Positions 13,173 through 24,474 of a stretch of DNA of 64,000 bases are shown here, piece after piece. Made by a program: the position numbers and the translations under genes. How positions within the stretch are numbered: position 1 is the stretch's first letter; each line of letters begins with the position of its first letter. The DNA comes from Octopus sinensis (lineage: Eukaryota): the NCBI RefSeq assembly GCF_006345805.1, contig NC_043002.1, positions 69,130,001-69,194,000 of the forward strand, written 5' to 3'. Below the pieces are notes generated by a model, which worked only from the letters and a program-made list of their open reading frames with translations, was not told the DNA's origin and did not search any database.

Positions 13173-13186
13173 TATATGTATATATG

Positions 13187-13261
<75 letters not shown>

Positions 13262-13272
13262 ATATGTATATA

Positions 13273-13303
<31 letters not shown>

Positions 13304-13470
13304 GTATATCTTATATATATATATGTAATCTATAATATATATGTAATAATATATATCTATATATGTATATATTAATAATATATATGTATATATATGTATA
13401 TAATATATAAGATATATGTATATATATATACTATATGTTATATATATATATATATTATTATGTATGTATA

Positions 13471-13520
<50 letters not shown>

Positions 13521-13559
13521 GTATATATAATATATATATATGTATATATATATATGTAT

Positions 13560-13595
<36 letters not shown>

Positions 13596-13685
13596 TATTG
13601 TATATATATATATATATATGTATATAATATATATATGTATATATATAATATATGTATATATATATAATATATATATGTATATATG

Positions 13686-13720
<35 letters not shown>

Positions 13721-13732
13721 ATATATGTATAT

Positions 13733-13766
<34 letters not shown>

Positions 13767-13779
13767 AGTGTATAATATA

Positions 13780-13810
<31 letters not shown>

Positions 13811-13811
13811 G

Positions 13812-13873
<62 letters not shown>
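13173..13873. repeat. (TA)n-derived compound microsatellite, right flank of the retrozyme array (left flank 11151-11408)
   Basis: Read directly. Confidence 0.95.
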
Positions 13874-14459
13874 TGTTTGTTTTTATATTCAGTTATAATA
13901 AAAATGATTTTGCATTAATCTGAATGGTTACTCCATACTTTTGTAGAGTACAAATTTCTTCTTCTTCAAGAAGAATAATACTGATAGTGATTTCTGAGTC
14001 TGAATATTCCCATTTCTTTCACCTATTTGCTTTAAGAATGAGGTCCACTCTCATATTACATTCTCTATATTTTTCAAAAGTCTATGGTTGTTAATCCTAT
14101 TGGAGTTATTTCCTTTGTTTGTTAGTATTTAAGCAATCCTGGTGTGAAATTTCATTTACTCATTGCATGATTAAATTAGCCAATCGGTGTTCTTCAATAC
14201 ACCTCAAGTACAGTTTTATATCCTTGTTGCTATATACTCCAGTGGTGTTCATGCAGCTATTTCTGTTCAGTCTTGCACCTACTGTGCAAACCATGAGCTA
14301 AAATATTCAGCATGTACTGTTTCTGTTAGAGTAGGTCACTATTTTATGCATTGTACATTACTTCAGCTTGTTGTTTCTGCTTCACATTTAAATGACTAGC
14401 TGGTTTCAAGTAAAATGCAAATCTCTTGAATTTGTTAACCACACAATTTATGCTAGTAA

Positions 14460-15030
14460 TCATCATTATCACCATTTAATGTTCACTTTCCATGCTGGCA
14501 TGGGTTGGACGGTTTGACTGAGGTCTGGCTGCATCAGGCTCCAATTTGATCAGGCAGGGTTTCTACAGCTGGATGTCCATCCTTAAACCACTCTGAGAAT
14601 ATAGTGGGTGCTTATTATGTGCCACTGGCATGGGGTCCAGCCAGGCGGTACTAGCATCGACCACACTCAAATGGTGCCTTTTACATGCCACCAGCATGGG
14701 GGCCAGTTAGGCAGCACTGGCATTGGTCACAACTATGATTTCACTTGACTCAACAAGTCTTCTCAAGCTAGCATATTGCCTGATGATTGAAGGGTACTTT
14801 TAAACAGGCCGGTTATGCGACACTGGCATCAGCCATGGTTATGATTTCACTTGATTTGCCAGGTCTTCTCAATCACAACATATTTCCAAAGGTCTCGATC
14901 GCTTGTCATTGCCACTGTGAGGCCCAGCATTCAAAGTCGTGCTTTCCCACTTCATCCCATATCTTCCTGAGTCTACCACCTCCACAGGTTCCTTCCACTG
15001 TTAGGGTGTGACACCTCTTCACTCAGCTGT
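14460..15030 (-). mobile_element. RTE-type LINE 3' fragment (RT C-terminus plus 3' UTR)
   Basis: Minus strand encodes CHTLTVEGTCGGGRLRKIWDEV, followed by the same 3' UTR and (CAT)n tail. Confidence 0.8.
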
Positions 15031-18000
15031 CTTCATCCATATGTGGTAATGTAGGTGTAAAATATCTTTGCTTATGCACGTTCAACAAGGATACCACACT
15101 ATCTCTCACCGAGGCATATACACATGTATGTTACAAAGGTTAGTTAATGCGTTTGATTTGTGACTTTTTATTGACAACATCTACCACTGCATCCAGGTTG
15201 TGTTTCAAGGCATGGCATAAATTTGTTTGGCAAGAAAAAAAGAAAAAAAAAGAAAAAGTATTCTTTCAGTGTTAGTATTTAACAGTAAGGAATTATCTGT
15301 TGTGGGAGATATGATATTCAATTATAGAAGGAAAAAATATTGTTCCAACAAAGTTGCAAAATTCAATAGCCTTTCCTAAATTGGAATAATGACTGTAAAA
15401 TAGTACATACATGTGCATGCCTATGGATATATACTTTGGTCTTAAATATGCCAATGTTTCCTGGGTGCTTTGTTTTTCTTAATTTTACATCTAATTTAAT
15501 CTGACAAACTGTTTACTCTCAGATTAAGGATCTGCCCTGAGTGAGCATCACTTCCTTGTCTTTTACCTGGGTATAGCAGAAGCAGGACAACATAATCTGG
15601 TGGATCCTTTTCTAAAACATGATGATGTAATTCAAGAGAGATATGATTGCTACTTCCAGCAGATCAAGTGATTAAGCTACATAGAGACTCTGCTGTTGGC
15701 TTGATACAGTTTCAATTGTCCTATGCCAACAAACCATTTCACTTGCAGACACTGAATTATTTCTTGGGATTAGATTGATTGTTTTGTTATGAATTCTGCA
15801 TTGTGAGCTTAATTGAAGAGTTAACACTAGTTCGGTTTCATGATTGAGCTAACTTTCTGTCTGGAACATGGTTATTTTGGTAAGATAAAACAATTACACC
15901 TGGTATGTTAAAATATATAGTCTTTTGTAATGGTACTAGTGAACTTAACTGGTTCCATTTATGTCAGTCTGCCAAATTTGTTTTGTTCATTTGCTCCTGC
16001 TATTGCCAGTCACTAATAATCTTGACTAATAGTTATTTAATCACCATCTTTCAGGTAATCTTTGACTGTCTATGGCATTAAGTGAATATTTCAATTTTTT
16101 TCAGATTCCTCTTTATGGTGCCCGTATAGCTTAGGTGATGTCAGTCTTTCTTCTTTGGCTTTCATAGTGTTTTAAGGAAGATTTGTGTGAGTAGTCTTTT
16201 AGATAACATTCAAGTTACATGCCCTGTCCAATGTAGGTTTCTGTCTGATGAGATCTTTCATATTAGGCAATCCTGCTTGCCCATGTAGATTACTATTGGA
16301 GAACATGTCACCATGAAATTTTTAGACCTGAGCATAGGAATGGAATTTCTTCATCTAACTTTTTGTATAATGTTCAGGTTTTGACACCATGGAAATTGAA
16401 TGGATAGTTTTACTGCTCCGACCCCCGATTCTTATGTAAACTTGATGATTGTTCCATAATTGTAGATACAGTCATCCAAATACTATTTTTGTATTTTGTC
16501 AACCACTTTTGTAGCTCCTGTGTCAGTACATATCTTTCAAGATATGTAAAATTTTTTCCGCAGTTTTCAGATTAATGCTTACTGATTTGTTGCTTTCAAT
16601 GTATGCTGGCATGAAGTATTTCAGTGTTAATTGTGAGGCCAAACTTTTTAAGATGTAATGCAGAATACCCCACACAATCTTCTGTATGTTGAAGTGTGGT
16701 TTAATAGAGATCCTGTAATATAATATATTTGCTCATCTCTCACTTGATGCAGTAACTCTTGATATGCAGAGCCAGCCACTGAAAGCAACAACTACACAAA
16801 TGAATTAAGTCAGAATTAATTTTTATTTTATTTGCTTGAAATCCCGAGGATTATTTTATTAGAGGTAGGCATTAGATTGAGATTTTCAAGCCTTTTTTTT
16901 TCAGCTGGATTGATGGTCTTTTGAGGTGTTTTACATTTTTAGTTTCCAAACCCAGGTGTTGCTATGCTTAACAGCCAGCATCTGTTAGGTCATCTTTCTT
17001 AGAACTTTCAGTTACCTAGATTTCTTTGAGCACTTCTTTCTGCCTATCTCCCATGAGCTAATCGCACTCTGAGATTCATAACATTGACTTTACAATTTGT
17101 TTCTTGTTTTCACTCTCTCACTCTACCACACCATATCATTTTGAATTTTGTCTCAAACACTGTTTTAATTTTATTTACCTTAAATAAAGAAGAGAGAAAG
17201 GTACTTTCCTATTCTAGTGTAAAAGGACAATCCTTCACTTGCTGCAACTAGCAGTTTTTTTAAGATGCTAGATTTATGGTTTTACACCTGTAAATCTTAT
17301 TTCAAGCATTAATTAGGTTTCAGTCAGTCTACTCCTCCTAATTTATCAGCAAGAAGATAACTCCATTTCATTATATAGTTGTTACTAAGAGGAAGGAGAG
17401 CAAACTGTCTGACAACTTACTTCAAGGACAAACATTCATGGATGGTAAGATTTGCTTGAAGGACAATTAACAAATTTCTTTAGATGAATATGACATGCAT
17501 CCGCAGCTTTTCTCATCTTTTCTGGCAAACATTTGAAAATACACATACACACTGAGACACTAACACGCATGTTGTCTAATCTAATTCTTGGGATTGTAGT
17601 CTTTCCAAAAATCCCTTCCATTATGAAATATTAAATCTGTTGTTTAAATACCCTTGCTCTATGGTGGCTGTTATATTCTTCATTTTGAATTAGCATATGG
17701 AGCATTCATACACAAATATGCACACAAAATTTAATACTCATACCTGGTCCTTAGGTGCATTTGTGACATTTACAAGCATTTGACCAGAGTCTCTATTTCT
17801 TTCTTCTCTAGCTCTCTGCTTTTATTTTCCCTGAAAGACTTGACCTGTAAATGTTCGTTAATTTAGAAAGGTCATAAAAGGTCATGGGCACAATTTCCCT
17901 TCCCTTGATTAATTCATAAATATGCACTGAATAATGTCAGTATACATATACAACACAACCTAGTTTTCTGTATAAATGTTTTATGCTTTGGTATTGCCTG

Positions 18001-18111
18001 CACAAAAGATTGACATTTGCTTAAAGATAAACTGTATTATTTTACCTTCTTGTTTATATTGTTTTTACTTTATTTTTCACAGCTCAGTGGCTCTATTGAA
18101 AATCTAACAGT

Positions 18112-18169
18112 ATGGGTGAGGCATCTGCAGGCAGTTGCAGTCCACAGTACTGTCAACTTCAGGTCACAG
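18112..18169 (+). CDS. Su(dx): NEDD4-family HECT E3 ligase (Su(dx)/ITCH/WWP1/WWP2 group), coding exon 1: MGEASAGSCSPQYCQLQVT-V
   Basis: Acceptor tttttcacAG ends 18082; in-frame TGA at 18097-18099 precedes ATG 18112; donor GTAAGA at 18170 (phase 1). QLQVTV matches the start of the ITCH C2 domain (SQLQITV). Confidence 0.85.
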
Positions 18170-20289
18170 GTAAGAGTCAACATCTAATTAGATATTAAGG
18201 AAATACATATGTGCATGTGTGTGTGTGTGTGTGTGTAGACACAGGTATAGATATTATGTCAACAATGGGTGATAGAATAGTTATGTAAAGAAATTTGCTT
18301 TGCAGCCACATGATTCTGGTTTGATTCTTTGTGTGGTACCTTGGAGAGGTAACTTGTGAGTGAAATTTTATAGACTAGGACAGTACAGAAAATTGTCATG
18401 AGTGCACGTGTGTATGTACTTGTGCAAACCCTCTCTCATGTTATATGCAGGTTAAACTTAAATATTTGATAATGATCATTAAGTACTAGAGTATGTAAGT
18501 ACAGGTGTCAAAATGATTGACTAAAGCCCTTGAAAATGGTACTACAGTATATGGTTGTAGTTCAGTGACTGAAACTCTTAAAAATATTTATTCAGCTGTT
18601 ACCCATTACTTAGTTTGCAATTTTAGTCTTCACAAGATATCTTGTGGTCAGGATTGAATGAAAATATTTAAAACTGTAAACACCAAGTTATTATTAATGT
18701 GCCATGACTGTTTTTTTTTTTTTTTTTGTAAAGTTCTGCTTTAGTTTATTCCTGTTATTTCTTACAGTCAAATTTGAAATGGTTATGATCCTTATTGTTG
18801 TTATTGGGATAAGTGGTTGAATTACTGAGAGAGAGAGAGAGAGAGCTGTTTTTATTTTTTTAATAACAGTGACCTTCAACTGATTTTAACTCGTTGCCCT
18901 CATGATGGCTCTAAAAGCATTCACCACTAAAGTGAACTACACAATACTATATTACAAGAAATTTGAAAGAGGCAATAATAAATCAGTCTTTCCTCATAAT
19001 GTTCTCACTATTAATCCCAACATCCCTACCATGTTTCAATGCACTGTTTGAGAATGACTGATTAATTGCTGTTTGCTTGACTTCACATCTCACTACCAAC
19101 CCCTCATATAATTCTTTCCACTTGTTCTCTTCCTGTTTCTTTCTCTTTAATTCTCTTATTCCTATTATGTCTTTTTGTGCTAGGCTTGTGGATTAGTAGA
19201 ATCATTAGAGCATTGGACAAACTGCTTGGCAATATTTGTTCTGGCACTCTGCATTCTGAGTGCAAGTGCAATCAATGTTACTGTTGTCTTTCATCCTTTA
19301 GGGGTGGGGATGGAGGGGGAGGCAATAGAATAAGTCCTTATCGAGAACTGGAGTGAATATAACCAACTGTTCCCCTTTTTCCAAGTTTGGGTCTTGTGCC
19401 TATGTTAAACAATTATGCCTTTTGTACTGCATAAATTGAAGGGTTTCTGTATAATTTGACCCTTTATTATTATATCTGTGAGAAATAGTTTCTTTTCAGT
19501 TTACTCATAATTATTTATTTTCAGATATAAGATAAAGTACTGATAATACAATGGTAATGAATCAATCAGATGTATTCTCACCCATTTTTCATGACAAATT
19601 GGTCATAGTCAAATGGAATTGTAGACAGTTATTGTTCTTATAATGTCCATGTTCAAGGAAGTTGTTTAAATATCATTTATTCCTTCTTACTTGATGTAAC
19701 AGTATATATTTCCTTGATTGCCCAAAGAAAAGACTAACGTATCCTTTTTATCAGAACAATACACTGCCAGAGATATGGTTTGAAACTGTTAAGTTTCTGA
19801 ACCATAATCAATTTATGCTTCAACAAGATTGCATTATTTGTTTAAAGAAAAATGCTTTTCAATCTGCTTACAGTTGGATACTTTTTCAAACAGTTAATTT
19901 TAGTGGTTGAAAGCTCTTACTGTTGGAAATAACAAGTCTATCATGTTGTGGTTCTGAAATTTATTTTCTCTCTAGCTTTTATGTATTCTGTTTTGTCTTC
20001 TTTACCTTCTGTCTGCATTGGAGCATTGGATCTCAAACAATACTTCCTCTAACTATTTGGAAAATTCTCACCCTATTAGTATCTGATACTGAGTTCATGC
20101 TCCACCCCCATCAATGCAAACTTAATATCTAGAGTACCTCTGCATCATCTTTTCTTCTGATAGAAATAACAACTAAATTCCTTGCTTGCAAAGAAGACAG
20201 GATGGTCATAGATGGAATATTGATTGAATTAAAGAAAATTTGGCATTGACCTGACTGATCAAAATACTAGCAGATCAACAAGGAACCTA

Positions 20290-21325
20290 TATGTGGTTGC
20301 TCCTAGTTGATACCATTGACTCAATACTTGACAGGTACTTTATTTTAATGACATTGAAAAGATGGAAGGCAAAGATGACCCTGGATTTGAACTCAGAACA
20401 TAAAGAGCCAGAAGAAATACTATTCTCTGATGTTGTAATGATACTGTCAAGTTAGTGCTCCAACAACAATAATTATTGTTTTGCATTTTAGCACAAGGCT
20501 AACAGCTTTCTTTTTACTGGAACAGGGTAGTTGATTATATCCAACCGTTGTGCTTGACTGGTACTTCATTTTATCCAACCCAAAACAATGAATGGCAAAG
20601 TCGACTTTGGCAGTATCGGAACTCGGAAAAAGCCAGCAATTTTAAATGGAGGAGGAAGTTGATTTTCAATGATCCCTGTACTTGACTGGTAGTTTACTTT
20701 ATTGATTCTGAAGGATGAAAGGTAGAATCAACCTTGGTGGAATTTAAGCTCAGATGTAAAGAGGTGGAAGAAATGCTGCAATAAGGATTCTGCTAGTTCG
20801 CTGCCTTAACAACAACAACATTGTCTACTGTAGGCACAAAGCCTGAAATTTTGGGGAGAGTGCTTGTCGATTACATCAACCCATGCTTGACTGATACGGA
20901 TTTCATTGACCTCAAAAGGATGAAAGGCAAAGTTGACCGCAGCAGAATTTGAACCCAGAACTTTAAGGCAAATGAAATGCTGCTAAACATTTTGTCCAGT
21001 GTGCTAATGGTTCCAGCAGCTTGCCACTTTAATAATAATGATGATGATGATAATAATCCTTTCTACTATAGGCATAAGGCCGGAAATTTTTACAGAGGCG
21101 GGGGGGGGGGCAGTCAATTAGATCGACCCAGTATGCAACAGGTACCTAATTTATTAACCCTTTAACCCTGAAAGGATGAAAAGCAAAATCGACCTCAGCA
21201 GAACTTGAACTCAGAAAGTAGCAGCAGATGAAATACCGCGAAGCATTTTGCTTGGCGTGCTAACAATTCTGCCAGCTCTCTGCCTTAATTAATTAATTAA
21301 TTAATAATAATAATAATAATAATAA
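20290..21325 (-). mobile_element. Stack of five head-to-tail tRNA-derived SINEs (family C) plus an orphan (AAT)n tail
   Basis: Repeated gaaaggatgaaaggcaaagt(c/t)gacc and ttgaactcagaa motifs at about 20290-20462, 20463-20630, 20630-20806, 20807-21030 and 21031-21284, separated by (AAC)/(AAT) tails. Confidence 0.75.
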
Positions 21326-21809
21326 TCTACAGTTGGATTTACCAATACAAGAATTAAACCTGGTATAGTAACAGTTCTAGGATCAATTAAAATTTATTTA
21401 GATGAGAAGCTGATGTAGCTGATATCTTAGACATGTAGTTCAGAAATATTGACCGTAACCTACAATAGACTCTAGAATGCAATTATTTGTCGCTGTGGAG
21501 TGTTGTTTGTAATACAGGATTCTAGGTTTTGAAATGAGGATTTGTTTATTTGTTATGTCAACAAATTCCTCAGAGGCAAATAAAGATTAGCTGTCTTGTC
21601 TAAAGACAAAATGGTGTGGATATGGTCAGTTATGAACCTATGATCATGCTCTCCATAGGTTATTTCTGTTATTATTTGATGTCCCTTTGGGAATTGCAAT
21701 AAAAAGTAGAAACCTCTTTTTTTGTTTGAAGCCATAAACAATACCAGTATTAAGTTTGACTGGTTTTGGGGTTTTTTCCCCCCTAGAATTAAAATTTTAT
21801 TTATTTTAA

Positions 21810-21997
21810 CCCTTTAGCATTCAGATTATTTTGTTTTGAATTAATTATGAATTATCTTGTAGTTTCAAGATTTTGATGTGATTGTTAATTTTTAGAATGA
21901 CATTGTAGGATTGGTGCAAGAGGCCTGATATGGCCAGTTTGAGCATAAAGCAAGTAAAATGTCTTGGTTAGATGTGGTCGATTTGAATACTAAAGGG
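21810..21997. mobile_element. piggyBac-type MITE (TTAA target)
   Basis: TTAA|CCCTTTAG ... CTAAAGGG|TTAA; same family as 43986-44406 and 51376-51595. Confidence 0.8.
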
Positions 21998-22139
21998 TTA
22001 AATTCAAGATAAACAAATATGACATGAATCCGTCCTAGGTTATGGTCATTATTTCTGAACTATATGTCTGAGATATCAGTTTTGGCATTAGATGTAATAT
22101 TATTATATTTACGTAATTATTATTTTTTCTTTTCTTTAG

Positions 22140-22278
22140 TCCAATCAGCCAGGTTAACTGCAGTAGGTTTATTCAAACCTGATCCATATCTGGAGCTCAG
22201 TGTTGATAGCATGTCACCAAAAAAAACAGAAGTATGTCGAAAATCTACAAATCCAGAATGGAATGAACATTTCACTGT
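22140..22278 (+). CDS. Su(dx): HECT E3 ligase exon 2, C2 domain (VQSARLTAVGLFKPDPYLELSVDSMSPKKTEVCRKSTNPEWNEHFTV)
   Basis: tttctttAG acceptor and GTGAGT donor; 139 bp, phase 1 to 2; C2 motifs PDPY and NPEWNEHF. Confidence 0.95.
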
Positions 22279-22440
22279 GTGAGTTAATGTTTAAAGTATT
22301 TAAAATAATTTATATTTAAAGATCATTTTGGCTATACCCCTTTCTAAAATGATTCTATTTGTTAGAAATGTACCTTTTCTCTTTATATAATTTGTATAAT
22401 TGTGAAGTATATATTTGCTTCTTGTGTTTATATTTTTCAG

Positions 22441-22565
22441 GTTAGTGACACCTTATTCTAAGTTAGATTTCCGTGTCTTAAACCAGAACCACATCCGAGC
22501 TAATTCCTTATTAGGGGAAGTTACACTTGATTTGTACCCACTTTTGAAAGAATATCATGGAAAAT
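22441..22565 (+). CDS. Su(dx): HECT E3 ligase exon 3, C2 domain (LVTPYSKLDFRVLNQNHIRANSLLGEVTLDLYPLLKEYHGK)
   Basis: tttttcAG acceptor and GTAAGT donor; 125 bp, phase 2 to 1; aligns by eye to ITCH IVTPVSKLHFRVW...LLG...LD. Confidence 0.95.
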
Positions 22566-23787
22566 GTAAGTTGCTTAAAAATAGCTTTCCGTAGTTTTAA
22601 TATTTTTAAAACTCTGCTTAACACATTGTATATATTAGAATGGGTTATTAACTTTTTTTTTGTAGTGGTCTGCTTTTAAGTAGTTGTTATATTTAGCACT
22701 TGCCTAAGTGGGAAGTGAGATATCGTGACTAAACTAACTTAACATGGATGATAAATTATAAATTTTACTCTAAAAATGGATTGTATAAGCTTTTAACAGT
22801 GACATGATAAAATGAATAAAGATAAAAGTTGTAAATTTGCTTTATACATTGTAGGTTAATTACTTCCCTGTGCCTGATGAGATCTCATTTTATTTTAATA
22901 ACCATCACTGGTTTTATCATGTATAATATAATTACTACTATAGGTAGAATTTAGTATGTTAATTATGTTACTTCACTGCTCCCTAAAGCATAATGCCCCC
23001 ACCCCCCATGCGCAATGTTCCCTTGAAGGGGCAGTACTGTTGAGAAACTTTGTATTAGAGTAAATTTTTTTCTTATCTAACAAAATTTGTTAATATTAAC
23101 TTAACATCAGCTCAGACATGCCTAACTTCAATTAATAGTAACCATTTGTAAGTGTTGTGTAGTCAGCCACAAGAGTTGACTTGACAAAATGTCTGTCTGT
23201 CTTCTGAAGAGTTGAAAGTTTTTATTCATCACTACTGTTGCATTGCGTCTCTGAGCAAGATACTGAACATTTTTGGTATTAGTTTGTCTTAGGGGGAAAA
23301 AATTGACAATGTAGCATTAGTCACATTGACAATTAATGAATTGTTTATTAGAATACAATACCTACCCAGTCAAAATCTGCAGAGACTAATTTAGTTTTAA
23401 CCCCCTTGGTGCTTTTTATAGATAGTAAAATTGTAATAGAGAATTTCTGAATATCACAAAATCGTCTGTTGACTGACATCTACACAAAGACTGTTGATTC
23501 TGTCAATACACCAATGTGTCCATATTAACAGATTTCCTACTACACAACTTTTTCTCTATATTGAATTTCTGCTTATGGCCATTCTTACTTAATCTCCAGT
23601 GATGTACAAACAACACTAAATTTTTTATAAATGTCAGGATTTTTCTAGAAACTGGATTTTACTTATTTACTTGGGCATGTCTTTTGTCAATGCATCTTTG
23701 CAAATTATATTGTAAGCAGTTTTATTTATTTATTTTTTTTTTTTTGTTAACTGTAATGTCATTGATTTTTATCCTTGTTGTTTCTAG

Positions 23788-23922
23788 TTAATTCTCATTC
23801 AAAAAAGTTGGATTTGAAACACAATGGGAAAGGTAAAATTGGAGATTTGTCTATTGTGCTAAATGGAATGGATGTTAAAATGGAACATCTTCCTCCGAAG
23901 CGACACAGTGCAGCCATCAATG
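23788..23922 (+). CDS. Su(dx): HECT E3 ligase exon 4, end of C2 (FNSHSKKLDLKHNGKGKIGDLSIVLNGMDVKMEHLPPKRHSAAING)
   Basis: tttctAG acceptor and GTAAGT donor; 135 bp, phase 1 to 1; IGDLSIVLNG resembles ITCH IGDLSICLDG. Confidence 0.92.
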
Positions 23923-24430
23923 GTAAGTTGTTGTTGACTGTGCACCTGAATTTTATTTATTCCATCCTTTCATATTTTAAAGCTTCTTTTAATCAAAAAT
24001 GTTGGTATTAATTTTGGTTTATTTATTTTCATTTGGACTCACAAATAAAGATTAATTTTATTGAGTAGAAGCAGTGTAAGTTTGGCAACTGAACAAAAGT
24101 ATGAATGCTTATAGTAAAAAGGAATTTCAAGATCTTAAGTTATAAGAATTCATTTAGTGATATTAAAATTTTGATTAATCTTTTTAAAATAAATATATAA
24201 AGGAGTTTGTATTTGTTTGTAAGTTAGCAAGATACAAAGTTCAATTGATGAAGCTAAAAACTGTTATTTTGGGGGATTCAGTTTTAAAGACATCAAAAAT
24301 AACATTCAAGCATACATATGCATATACTTATTGAAATTTTGTGTATTCAACACACAAATACACACTCAAAAATATACATTTTTAACTGGTTTCAGTCATC
24401 AGGCTATGGTCATGCTGTGATACTATCACC

Positions 24431-24474
<44 letters not shown>

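Larger units (their letters stand above)
11408..13175 (+). mobile_element. Non-LTR retrozyme-like tandem array: about 4.4 copies of a ~404-bp monomer, each full copy with a type I hammerhead ribozyme
   Basis: Units start at 11409, 11811, 12214, 12618 and 13015 (402, 403, 404, 397 bp, plus a partial). Hammerhead core CTGAAGA...GAAA...GTA occurs in the four full units. (TA)n-type sequence on both sides. Confidence 0.85.

Noticed and set aside
15700-16720. Possible decayed retroelement ORF on the - strand (ETYIGQ-like peptide near 16230)
   Set aside because: A single short motif among many stops; cannot be supported without a search.
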